From: Akkermansia sp.
GTDB taxonomy: Bacteria; Verrucomicrobiota; Verrucomicrobiia; Verrucomicrobiales; Akkermansiaceae
Direction: 5' to 3'
Assembly (NCBI GenBank): GCA_024405435.1
Contig: JAKSOU010000004.1
Span: 576 to 64,575 of the forward strand
DNA: 64,000 bases
In this document: in pieces, positions 47,490 to 57,462 of the stretch
Layout of the letters: the number at the start of each line of letters is the position of its first letter
Position numbering within the stretch: position 1 is the stretch's first letter
Notes under the pieces: generated by a model
What the model was told of the DNA's origin: nothing
The model's input: the letters and a program-made list of their open reading frames with translations, nothing else
Database searches by the model: none
Program-made: the position numbers and the translations under genes

Positions 47490-49019
47490 TTAGTGGCGGC
47501 GGGCGTTCCAGATGAGAAGGGCCACCAGCAGGGCCAGCAGCGGCATCACCAGCAGGGTGAGCGTCTCCAGCATGCTGCGCGAGTGCCGGTTCAGGTCGAT
47601 CTTCACCGTCATGTCGTGGTTGGCGCTCTTGCCGGCGTACTCCGGGCGCGCGCACATCCACGACCACAGGGAGTACAGGTAGTCGCGCTGCTCGGCGCGG
47701 GAGTTCTCGCGCAGCAGGATATCCGTGCTGCCCAGCACCATCAGGGTGGACATGTCGTTCGGGTATTTCGGGTTGCCGCGGGTTACGGCGGCGGCCAGGC
47801 AGAGCGGGCCCTCGCGGTCCTCGTGCGGCGTGAACGTGGGGTTCAGCTCAAGCCGCGTCTCCCCGTAGTACTCGTCCGTGGTCGTCAGCAGCGGGAACAC
47901 CGTCAGCTTGCGCATGCTCGCATCGCTCTCGTCCACGTGCTCCAGAGTGAGGGACATGCACTGGCCCTCCACGTGGGTGGTGCCGTTCCAGAAGGATTTG
48001 GTGCAGTTGAGCCCGCGGGGGAAGACGGCGGAGATGTCGAAGTACGCGCGGCTGCGGTCGCGCAGCAGCACGCGGTCCGCGTTGGGGCGCACGCCCTGCT
48101 CGCGCAGGAAGCGGTACAGGTACGGCAGCTTGTCCGGGTTGGCGGGGTTGAGCGCCACGAACACGGAGTTGCGGCCCTCGCGCTCCCAGAACTCGCGCAC
48201 CACGTCCATCTCCTTCTCCGTGAAATCCGTTGTGGGGGAGACAATCAGCAGGCCCTCCGCATCCTCCGGCAGCTTCTCCGCGTTCGCCACGTCCACCCAG
48301 GAGAGCTGGATGTTCAGGGAGGTCGTGATGTCGCCGATGAGCTCCAGCAGCTTCTGGTCGTCGCGCGAAACGCCGCCCTTGCCCTCCACGGCGTACATGT
48401 GGCGCATCTGCCCCTCCACGGCCTCGGTGAGCGCGCCGCACACCACCTCGTCCATCACCAGCGCCACCGCGCGCCGCGTCTCGTCCGGCAGGGTCTCGTA
48501 CTTCACGAACGCGGTGCCGGGGCACATGCGCACGTGCTGGCGGTCGCCCTGCTGCTCCTCGAAGGTCTTGATGGGCACGGTGCAGTCCTTGCGGGCGTCC
48601 ACCACGCAGAGGTTCTGGTTGAAGTCGATGCCGTAGATTTGGGAAATCTCGCGTGCGCGGTTGGGCTGGCGCATGGGGTCGAAATACTCCACCTCCACCT
48701 TGCCGTTGCCGTAGCGCACGTACTCCTCCAGCAGGTAGCGCATGCGGGCGTAGTTGGGCGTGGAGCGCTTGAAGGCGAAGATGATGCGCACGGGCGTCTC
48801 GCGCTGCTGGATGCGCTCGCTCTGCAGCACGTTGCGCGTGCGCTCGGAGATGGAGAAGCGCTGCTCCTCGCCCGTCAGGTCCTTGCGGCCGTACTCGTGG
48901 CAGCCGATGTAGTTGCAGGCCAGCACAATCACAGCCAGCAGGAGGAGGTTGAGCCAGGCGAGCGGGTTGCCCTTGGGTCTGCGGGCATCCGGATGCCCCG
49001 TGTAGTCGTTCTTGCTCAT
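47490..49019 (-). CDS. GldG-like ABC auxiliary component
   Basis: KDLT...FSISERT, EYFDP, LLIVSPTTDF, C-terminal TM. Confidence 0.82.
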   Translation of the reverse strand: MSKNDYTGHPDARRPKGNPLAWLNLLLLAVIVLACNYIGCHEYGRKDLTGEEQRFSISERTRNVLQSERIQQRETPVRIIFAFKRSTPNYARMRYLLEEYVRYGNGKVEVEYFDPMRQPNRAREISQIYGIDFNQNLCVVDARKDCTVPIKTFEEQQGDRQHVRMCPGTAFVKYETLPDETRRAVALVMDEVVCGALTEAVEGQMRHMYAVEGKGGVSRDDQKLLELIGDITTSLNIQLSWVDVANAEKLPEDAEGLLIVSPTTDFTEKEMDVVREFWEREGRNSVFVALNPANPDKLPYLYRFLREQGVRPNADRVLLRDRSRAYFDISAVFPRGLNCTKSFWNGTTHVEGQCMSLTLEHVDESDASMRKLTVFPLLTTTDEYYGETRLELNPTFTPHEDREGPLCLAAAVTRGNPKYPNDMSTLMVLGSTDILLRENSRAEQRDYLYSLWSWMCARPEYAGKSANHDMTVKIDLNRHSRSMLETLTLLVMPLLALLVALLIWNARRH

Positions 49020-49047
49020 GGAAAAATGAGGAAAAGGGGTTATGCGT

Positions 49048-49875
49048 TTATCGGTGCCAGCGGCGGTAGTCCACAATGCGCTTGGTGAGCGCCAGCGTGA
49101 ACACGGTCAGGGTGAGGTACAGCACCACGGGGCGCGTGTCCAGCAGACCGCGCGAGAACGCGTCCACCTGCTCCGTGCAGGAGAGGTAGTGGAACGCGGG
49201 CGCGGCGGGGAACTCGCCCCACAGCTCCGTCACGCGGCCCAGGAAGTAGAACATGATCATGAAGCAGGTGGTGATGATACCCGCGATGATCTGGCTGCGC
49301 GTGAGCGCGGAGCACAGCACGCCCAGCGCAATGAAGAACGCGCCCGCCAGCGCCAGGATGCAGTACGGGCCCACCCAGTCCGCCAGCGTGTAGGTGATGC
49401 AGCCCTCCGGCGTGATGCCGTAGCGCACGCTCGTGTACCAGTTGCCGATCTCGCTCATCCACGGATACAGGTACATCGGCAGCCACAGCAGCAGGTAGAA
49501 CACGTACGCCGCGAAATACTTGCCCAGCACGATCTGCCCGGTGGTCACGGGCGCGGTCAGCAGGCCCTCCAGCGTGCCCTGCCGCTCCTCGTCCGCGAAC
49601 GTGCGCATGGTGATGAGCGGGAAGATGAAGATGAAGTAGAACCAGAAGTTCACGTTGCCCAGCATGTAGTACATCACGCTCTCCCCCGTGGCCTTCGTCA
49701 TGGTTTGCAGCACAGCCTGCAGCCAGAAGCCCTGCAGTGCCATGGTGCATCCCAGGATGACCCAGCCGAACGGCGTGCACAGGTAGGAGCGCAGCTCCTT
49801 GAAGAAGATGGTGAGGAACGAGCGCAGGCTGCTGCGCGATCGCTTGATGTCGGTGGATGGTGTGGTTTCTGCCAT
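49048..49875 (-). CDS. ABC-2 permease (GldF-like)
   Basis: KELRSY, ITMRTFADEERQGTLEGLLTAPV, RGLLDTR. Confidence 0.9.
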   Translation of the reverse strand: MAETTPSTDIKRSRSSLRSFLTIFFKELRSYLCTPFGWVILGCTMALQGFWLQAVLQTMTKATGESVMYYMLGNVNFWFYFIFIFPLITMRTFADEERQGTLEGLLTAPVTTGQIVLGKYFAAYVFYLLLWLPMYLYPWMSEIGNWYTSVRYGITPEGCITYTLADWVGPYCILALAGAFFIALGVLCSALTRSQIIAGIITTCFMIMFYFLGRVTELWGEFPAAPAFHYLSCTEQVDAFSRGLLDTRPVVLYLTLTVFTLALTKRIVDYRRWHR

Positions 49876-49902
49876 GACGGAAGGGGAAGGGGTGAATATG
49901 CG

Positions 49903-50844
49903 TTAGTCTCGGCGGGTCATTTCCACGAACACGTCCTCCAGGCTCGGGATGTGGCGGTACAGGTGCCGCAGCACGCCGCTGTGCGCCGCCACCACAGCCG
50001 CCGCCTTCTCCCGCGTGTCCGTGCCCGGCTCCGCGCGCAGCACCAGCCGGTGCCAGCCGTCGCCGCGGTCGTCCTCCACCATCACCTTCATGATGGGCTC
50101 GAACGCCTCCAGCTCCTGCACCACGGGGTCAAGCTCGCCCTTGAACTCCAGGGAGACGCGGCCGGCGGCGCGCAGCCCGGCGGTGAGCCTGGCGGGGGTG
50201 TCCGCGGCCTTGATGTTGCCCTGGTCGATGATGATAACCTTGTTGCAGATCATCTCCACCTCGCTGAGAATGTGGGTGGAGAGGATGACGGTGTGCTCCT
50301 CCGCCAGCGAGCGTATCAGCTCGCGTATCTGGCGGATCTGGTTCGGGTCCAGCCCGTTCGTCGGCTCGTCCAGGATCAGCAGGTCCGGGTTGCCCAGCAG
50401 CGCGTCTGCCAGGCCCGTGCGCTGGCGGTATCCCTTGGAGAGCGTGCTGATCATGTTCTTGCGCTTGGGCTCCAGGCCGCAGCGGTCGATGGCCCAGCCC
50501 ACCTGCTGGCGCACGCTGGACCCGCAGATGCCCTTGAGCTTGGCGCGGTACTCCAGGTAGTCGTACACCCGCATGTCCTCATACAGCGGCACGTTCTCCG
50601 GCATGTAGCCCAGGTGGCGGCGTGCCTCCAGCGGGTGGTCCAGGATATCGTATCCGGCAATGCTGGCCGTTCCGCTGCTGGGCGGCAGGTAGCCCGTGAG
50701 CATCTTCATCGTCGTGGTCTTCCCGGCCCCGTTCGGACCCAAAAATCCCACAATCTCGCCCTTGTCGATGGAGAAGTCCGCGTCCCGTACCGCCACAAAG
50801 CGGCCGAAACTCTTGTGCAAGTGCTGCGCTGTCACCATACTCAT
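49903..50844 (-). CDS. ABC transporter ATP-binding protein (GldA-like)
   Basis: GPNGAGKTT, LSKGYRQR, LDEPTNGLDP, STHILSE. Confidence 0.93.
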   Translation of the reverse strand: MSMVTAQHLHKSFGRFVAVRDADFSIDKGEIVGFLGPNGAGKTTTMKMLTGYLPPSSGTASIAGYDILDHPLEARRHLGYMPENVPLYEDMRVYDYLEYRAKLKGICGSSVRQQVGWAIDRCGLEPKRKNMISTLSKGYRQRTGLADALLGNPDLLILDEPTNGLDPNQIRQIRELIRSLAEEHTVILSTHILSEVEMICNKVIIIDQGNIKAADTPARLTAGLRAAGRVSLEFKGELDPVVQELEAFEPIMKVMVEDDRGDGWHRLVLRAEPGTDTREKAAAVVAAHSGVLRHLYRHIPSLEDVFVEMTRRD

Positions 50845-50855
50845 ATCGCGCGGTC

Positions 50856-50885
50856 ATTCTACCACAACCACGCGCGCGCACGCAA
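50856..50885 (-). promoter_or_regulatory. Promoter of the gldA-like to ABCG operon
   Basis: TTGCGT-18-TAGAAT with TG extension; ATG lies 11 nt downstream. Confidence 0.6.
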
Positions 50886-50912
50886 GAAAAATCACCGCAC
50901 GCCGCGTGCGGT
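50886..50912 (-). terminator. Intrinsic terminator after rSAM gene
   Basis: ACCGCACG-CGG-CGTGCGGT followed by GATTTTT. Confidence 0.7.
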
Positions 50913-50914
50913 TT

Positions 50915-50934
50915 TCCTAATCCTAATCCTGATT
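50915..50934 (-). repeat. AGGATT array overlapping rSAM stop codon
   Basis: Minus strand TCAGGATTAGGATTAGGAAA. Confidence 0.75.
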
Positions 50935-52044
50935 CCCGCCGTAGAACTCCCGCATGAACAGCGCGTTCCTTTCCGCGTACAGCGCCTCCGCCAGCTCGTC
51001 CGCCAGGCGGATGAACACCCGCTCCGCGGAGCAGAGGAAAGGCGACACGCGGTCGATATGCCCGCTGGCGGCGTAGTTGGAGCAGCCGCAGCCGTTCATG
51101 CAGCGGGAGCGCAGGGCGCAGACCTTGCATTCCGGCGTGGAGTTGCCGCGAGTGGCAATAAGGTAGTTCTGGCGGGCGCGGTTGATGCCCTCGCGCACGT
51201 TGCCGAAGTTGAAAAAGTCGGAGTTGCCCTCGCCCACCAGGCGGGAGCAGGGGAAGAAGTTGCCCTCCGCGCTCACGGCGATTTCGCGTTCGCCGATGCG
51301 GCATTGCGCGCAGGTGTCGCCGTTTAGGTGCGTGCGGATCTTGTCCTCGAAATTCTCCAGCTTCACGGGCCGCACCCCGCCGCGGTAGGATTCCAGCACC
51401 ATCTCTTTCACCCGCTCCAGCTGCGCGCAGAAGACATCGAACTGCTCATCCGTCCACTCGTGCCAGTAGTCCAGGTTCAGGCCGAAGCCGTGGTCGTAGT
51501 GTTCATGCAGCCAGGCCACGCCCTCCGCCAGCAGGTGGCAGTTGGCGGCGTTCACCACGCACACCGCCTTGCTGCGCAGGTTCGGGTACTTGCGGATTTC
51601 CTGCAGCGCGGGCTGCAGGGCGGCGTGGCTGCCCGTGCCGTCCGCAAAGCGGCGGTTGATGTCGTGCATGGCGGGCGACCCGTCGACCGATACGCCCACC
51701 AGGAAATCCCGCTCCGCCATCCATGCCAGCTTCTCCGGCGTGAGCAGGGTGCAGTTGGTGGTGATGCCGTAGCGCGGCGGCATGCACATCTCGCCGCGCC
51801 GCTCCTCCATGTACGCGTGGCAGCGCTGCAGCAGCTCCCACTCCAGCAGCGGTTCCCCGCCGAAAAACGACACATCGAGCGGCAGCTCCAGGCGCTTGGC
51901 CTCCGCCACGCACAAATCCATCGCGGCACGCGCCGTCTCCCAGCTCATGCAAGCCGCATGCTTGCGCCCCGCGTAGCAGTACCGGCAGCGCAGGTTGCAG
52001 TTGTGCGTGAGACACAGGGTCAGCTCTAGAGGCTGTATCAACAC
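50923..52044 (-). CDS. Radical SAM enzyme with SPASM domain (anSME / peptide-maturase-like)
   Basis: CNLRCRYC, FFGGEPLL, TTNCTLL, SVDG; SPASM Cys pattern CAQC..G..AVSAEGNFFPC and CKVC...RC..GCGC...C. Start GTG 52044 or TTG 52041. Confidence 0.92.
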   Translation of the reverse strand: MLIQPLELTLCLTHNCNLRCRYCYAGRKHAACMSWETARAAMDLCVAEAKRLELPLDVSFFGGEPLLEWELLQRCHAYMEERRGEMCMPPRYGITTNCTLLTPEKLAWMAERDFLVGVSVDGSPAMHDINRRFADGTGSHAALQPALQEIRKYPNLRSKAVCVVNAANCHLLAEGVAWLHEHYDHGFGLNLDYWHEWTDEQFDVFCAQLERVKEMVLESYRGGVRPVKLENFEDKIRTHLNGDTCAQCRIGEREIAVSAEGNFFPCSRLVGEGNSDFFNFGNVREGINRARQNYLIATRGNSTPECKVCALRSRCMNGCGCSNYAASGHIDRVSPFLCSAERVFIRLADELAEALYAERNALFMREFYGGNQD

Positions 52045-52084
52045 ATCCCCAATCCCAAATCTTAAAATCCTCAATCCTAAATCA
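52045..52084 (-). repeat. Degenerate (A/G)GGATT array between lipoprotein and rSAM genes
   Basis: Minus strand GATTTAGGATTGAGGATTTTAAGATTTGGGATTGGGGAT. Confidence 0.75.
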
Positions 52085-52098
52085 CACCGCGCTAGTGT

Positions 52099-52455
52099 TC
52101 ATTGCTTGGGCGGTGCCACCTTCTTTCTGCCGCACACTCTCTGCGGGGGCCGCACGGGCTTGGTGGGGGGCACCACGCTTCCCATCACCGGTTGCTGTGA
52201 CCGCTGATCCTTCCCGACTTCCTTGGATTCCACCTTGGGCTTTTTGCCGACCACTCCCTGCGGGGGCCGTTTTCCCATCACCGGTTGCTGTGACCGCTGA
52301 TCCTTCCCGACTTCCTTGGATTCCACCTTGGGCTTGACCTTGCCCGTGAGGGTCTGCGGCGCCTCGCAGGCGGGCAGGGCCAGCATGGCTGCCGCCACCG
52401 CCGCAATCACGGGGTAGCACGGTGTGTGCGTCTTGTTTTCTGCTTGGATTTTCAT
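52099..52455 (-). CDS. Small putative lipoprotein with repeated QxxxG motifs; candidate rSAM substrate
   Basis: 118 aa; hydrophobic stretch ending in lipobox-like LPAC; Lys/Pro/Gln-rich body with five [PQ]Qx[VL]xG[KSR] motifs; has its own promoter. Confidence 0.8.
   Translation of the reverse strand: MKIQAENKTHTPCYPVIAAVAAAMLALPACEAPQTLTGKVKPKVESKEVGKDQRSQQPVMGKRPPQGVVGKKPKVESKEVGKDQRSQQPVMGSVVPPTKPVRPPQRVCGRKKVAPPKQ
52179..52335 (-). repeat. Two exact 64-bp direct repeats (period 93 bp) inside the lipoprotein gene
   Basis: 52179-52242 equals 52272-52335, encoding KPKVESKEVGKDQRSQQPVMG twice. Confidence 0.95.
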
Positions 52456-52465
52456 GATGGTATGG

Positions 52466-52495
52466 ATTGTACTCTACACCCCTTTAAGCGCGCAA
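52466..52495 (-). promoter_or_regulatory. Promoter of lipoprotein-rSAM unit
   Basis: TTGCGC-18-TACAAT; ATG lies 10 nt downstream; A/T tracts upstream (UP-like). Confidence 0.6.
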
Positions 52496-52573
52496 GCACG
52501 AAAATGCTGAACGAAAAATGAAAAAAAATGATTTTTTTTGCAATGAGGATGCCTTGTAGGTGCGTGGCACCCC

Positions 52574-52604
52574 AAAAAAGCGCCCCGCCGAGACGGCGGG
52601 GCGC
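52574..52604 (-). terminator. Intrinsic terminator after galE
   Basis: GCGCCCCGCCG-TCT-CGGCGGGGCGC followed by T6. Confidence 0.88.
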
Positions 52605-52633
52605 GGAGGAAAATCACGTGTTAGCGGCACGCA

Positions 52634-53623
52634 TCAATAATGGCCGCCGTGGGGGCCGGTCATCCACTTCCAGGCCGTGGCCACGATGTCGTGCGCGTCC
52701 TGGTACTTGGGCACCCAGCCCAGGATTTCCTTGGCCTTGCGGGCGTCGGCAATCAGGCGGGGCGGGTCGCCCTCGCGGCGGTCGCCGTAGGTCACGGGCG
52801 CCTTCTTGCCGGTCACCTTTTCCGCGGCATCGATGATTTCCTTGACGGAAAGGCCCTTGCCGGTGCCCAGGTTGAACCAGTTGGTCTCGCCGCCCTTCAT
52901 CAGGTAGTCCAGCGCGCGCAGGTGCGCGTCCGCCAGGTCGTCCACGTGGATGTAGTCGCGGATGCATGTGCCGTCGGGGGTGTCGTAGTCGGTGCCGAAG
53001 ACGGTGATGCCGGGGCGCTCGCCCTTGATGGCCTGCAGGATGACGGGGATGAGGTGGGATTCTGGCTCGTGGTCCTCGCCGATGAGGCCGTCGGGCGCGC
53101 AGCCGGAGGCGTTGAAGTAGCGGAGGAAGACGCTCTTGAGTCCGTAGGCGCGGTCGCAGTCCTTGCAAACCTTCTCCAGCATGAACTTGGAGCCGCCGTA
53201 GGGGTTGATGGGGTCCTGCTTCTCGGTTTCGGGGATGGGGACCTGGGTGGGCACGCCGTAGGTGGCGCAGGTGGAGGAGAACACGAACCTCTTGGTGCCG
53301 GCCAGCATCATGGCCTTCAGCAGCGTGAGCGGCTTGGCGATGTTGTTCTCATAGTACTTCAGCGGGTCGGTCACGGACTCGCCCACTTGGATGAACGCGG
53401 CGAAGTGCACCACGGCGTCGAACTTGCCGTTGAGCAGCAGGGGGTAGACCACGGTGGGGTCGCCCAAATCGCCCTTGACGAGCTTGACCTCCTTGTCGAC
53501 GATGGCGCCGGGGTGGCCGTAGACCATGCTGTCCAGCACGGTGACGTCAGCGCCGGCCTTGACGAGCTGGCGCACAGTGTGCGAGCCGATATAGCCGGCT
53601 CCGCCTGTTACGAGTACTTTCAT
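52634..53623 (-). CDS. galE: UDP-glucose 4-epimerase
   Basis: TGGAGYIGSH, HFAA, FSSTCATYG, YGGSK, RYFNASG, RDYIHVDDL. Confidence 0.96.
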   Translation of the reverse strand: MKVLVTGGAGYIGSHTVRQLVKAGADVTVLDSMVYGHPGAIVDKEVKLVKGDLGDPTVVYPLLLNGKFDAVVHFAAFIQVGESVTDPLKYYENNIAKPLTLLKAMMLAGTKRFVFSSTCATYGVPTQVPIPETEKQDPINPYGGSKFMLEKVCKDCDRAYGLKSVFLRYFNASGCAPDGLIGEDHEPESHLIPVILQAIKGERPGITVFGTDYDTPDGTCIRDYIHVDDLADAHLRALDYLMKGGETNWFNLGTGKGLSVKEIIDAAEKVTGKKAPVTYGDRREGDPPRLIADARKAKEILGWVPKYQDAHDIVATAWKWMTGPHGGHY

Positions 53624-53661
53624 TTTCGTAGTAGTATTGTATTGTTGGAAGTGTTTTTACA

Positions 53662-54615
53662 TCACATCATGCCGGAGAGCAGGGCCTCCAGCTTGCGGAT
53701 ATCCGCGGAGAACCGGCGGATGCCCTCCGCGGTCTTCTCCGTGGCCATGGCGTCCTCGTTGAAGAGGAAGCGGAAGCTCTTCTCGTCCGCCGGGATGCGC
53801 CGGATGTCCGCCGCCTTGGCGGCCTCCACGCTCAGCGCGGGCGCCACCGGCTCCTCGCTTGCGGCCAGCTCCGCCAGCAGGCCGGGGGAGATGGTCAGCA
53901 GGTCGCACCCCGCGAGCGCCAGCACCTCCCCCTTGTTGCGGAAGGATGCGCCCATGATTTGCACGGGATAGCCGAATTTCTTGTAGTAGTTGTAGATGCT
54001 GCGCACGGAGAGCACGCCGGGGTCGGTCTCCGCGGTGTATTCCTCGCCGGTGGCCTTCTTGTACCAGTCCAGGATGCGCCCCACGAACGGGGAAATCAGC
54101 CGCACGCCCGCCTCCGCGCACGCCACCGCCTGCACCAGGCTGAACAGCAGCGTCAGGTTGCAGTGGATGCCCTCCCGCTCCAGGATTTCCGCGGCGCGGA
54201 TGCCCTCCCACGTGGAGGCTATCTTGATGAGTACGCGCTCGCGCGGGATGCCCGCAGCCTCGTACAGCGCCATGATTTCACGCGCTTTCTGCACGGTGGC
54301 CTCCGTGTCGAACGACAGGCGCGCGTCCACCTCGCTGGACACGCGGCCCGGCACGCGCTTCAGGATTTCCAGGCCGAACGCCACGATCACGCGGTCCATG
54401 AGCGCGCCGATGTCGCCCTTGTCCACCGCTTTGGCCTTGAACTCCGCCACCACGCTTTCAATGATGGGGCGGTACTCCGGCTTGCCGGCGGCGGCCAGGA
54501 TGAGGGATGGGTTGGTGGTGGCGTCCTGCGGGGAGAATTCCTCCATCTGGCGGAAATCCCCCGTATCCGCCACCACGGTGGTGTACTGTTTCAGTTGGTC
54601 GAGCTGCGTAGCCAT
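53662..54615 (-). CDS. tal: Transaldolase
   Basis: [38 protein letters not shown]. Confidence 0.97.
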   Translation of the reverse strand: MATQLDQLKQYTTVVADTGDFRQMEEFSPQDATTNPSLILAAAGKPEYRPIIESVVAEFKAKAVDKGDIGALMDRVIVAFGLEILKRVPGRVSSEVDARLSFDTEATVQKAREIMALYEAAGIPRERVLIKIASTWEGIRAAEILEREGIHCNLTLLFSLVQAVACAEAGVRLISPFVGRILDWYKKATGEEYTAETDPGVLSVRSIYNYYKKFGYPVQIMGASFRNKGEVLALAGCDLLTISPGLLAELAASEEPVAPALSVEAAKAADIRRIPADEKSFRFLFNEDAMATEKTAEGIRRFSADIRKLEALLSGMM

Positions 54616-54629
54616 ATCTAAGCGCCCGT

Positions 54630-54658
54630 ATTCTACCACACCGCCCCCCGCCCATCAA
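54630..54658 (-). promoter_or_regulatory. Promoter of tal-galE
   Basis: TTGATG-17-TAGAAT with TG extension; ATG lies 14 nt downstream. Confidence 0.6.
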
Positions 54659-54701
54659 GCCAGTTTTTCGGGAACGCGGTGATTGCGTGGCGACATCGCT
54701 C

Positions 54702-54762
54702 CCGCGCCGAACGGCGCGGCTAACTTCCCAAATCGTCAATTGTCAATCGTCAATTGTAAATT
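54702..54762 (-). repeat. Heptamer array copy 3 plus GC hairpin; array supplies the stop codon of the upstream ORF
   Basis: Minus strand AATT TACAATT GACGATT GACAATT GACGATT TGGGAAGTTAG CCGCGCC-GTTC-GGCGCGG. Confidence 0.9.
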
Positions 54763-55619
54763 ACCAGGCCTTCCTCCGGCAGGGGGCGGAAGTGCAGGGA
54801 GGGCGGGTTGGGGCAGCGCTCCAGCTTGGCGGAGCAGTTGTATCGGATGCGCGTGGTGAGCTTGCCGCTCCAGAAATCCGCGTACAGCGCCACGCGCCGC
54901 GGCGACAGCGTGCACGTGAGCAGCATCACCAGGCGCGACACCGTTTCCACCACCAGCGTGGCGTCCGTGTAGTCCATCTCCTCCCACGGCACCTGCACGG
55001 GCAGCAGGTGCAGCTGGCCGCACGGCACGATGCCGCCGCGGCGCCTGTGCGCCCCCTGCGGCACGCCCCCCCGCGGCAGGTAGAGCACCAGCGTGTCGTC
55101 ACGCGTCTCCCGCATGGCGAGCGCGAGCGCGGCGTTGATGCGCCGCACCGGGCAGCCGTAGCGGTGCGCAAGGTGTTCCTCCAGCCCGCACGGCGGCAGC
55201 GTTTCCGGCAGGCTCAGCGTGATGCCCCGCAGCGGCGAGCCCCCGCGCCGCGCGTCCGCGTCCAGCCAGTCGTCCAGGCTTTCCGCATGCAGCATGGCGA
55301 AACTCATTTCCCGGCTGCGATGCAGCGGCTCGCCCCGCATGTCCGTGACCACCGCGCCGCCGCGCAGCACGTGTCCCGCACGCTCCACGCGGAAATGCAC
55401 CAGCCGCCCGTACCCCGCCGCCACGCGGTACTGCATCACGGGGCGTCCCCCGCCCGACGGCACGCGGCCCGCCTCCTCCACCTCGCCGCGCGCCACCAGA
55501 CGCGCCACGATGCGCCCCGCCAGCACCGCGCTCACGCCCGCCGCGCGCGCCAGTGCGGGGCGTGTCACCGCCTCCCCGGCCCGCAGCAGACGGCGTATCC
55601 TTTCCTCGGCGTTCGGCAT
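54750..55619 (-). CDS. Degenerate ROK-family transcriptional regulator
   Basis: N-terminal wHTH (TRPALARAAGVS...SGGGRP); ROK-like body without clear sugar-binding motifs. Confidence 0.65.
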   Translation of the reverse strand: MPNAEERIRRLLRAGEAVTRPALARAAGVSAVLAGRIVARLVARGEVEEAGRVPSGGGRPVMQYRVAAGYGRLVHFRVERAGHVLRGGAVVTDMRGEPLHRSREMSFAMLHAESLDDWLDADARRGGSPLRGITLSLPETLPPCGLEEHLAHRYGCPVRRINAALALAMRETRDDTLVLYLPRGGVPQGAHRRRGGIVPCGQLHLLPVQVPWEEMDYTDATLVVETVSRLVMLLTCTLSPRRVALYADFWSGKLTTRIRYNCSAKLERCPNPPSLHFRPLPEEGLVIYN

Positions 55620-55762
55620 ACTTAGTAAACAGTGTTAATAAAGTCTAGCCGCCATTCCGACCTCTGGCAAGGAAATTCTGCAATTTGTTGTGACTCAATG
55701 CCTAAAAATGCGCATTTCCTGCTGAAATCCACCAAATTCGGCACGCTTCCACCGTGAAAAGC

Positions 55763-57429
<1,667 letters not shown>

Positions 57430-57462
57430 CGCAGCCCCCCGCACGCCGCCCGCGTTCCCGCC

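Noticed and set aside
45243-50844. GldA/F/G-like plus DUF4340 module as a gliding-motility or novel system
   Set aside because: A widespread four-gene ABC module; no other gld/T9SS genes are in the window.
50923-52455. Assignment as a PlpX-type splicease or an anaerobic sulfatase maturase
   Set aside because: The partner has no YG motif (its only Tyr is in the leader CYP), and no sulfatase is in the window; left unassigned pending phylogeny.
52521-52539. A8-TGA-T8 tract as a phase-variation switch
   Set aside because: It lies more than 25 bp upstream of the predicted -35, not in the spacer or coding region; more simply an UP-like element.
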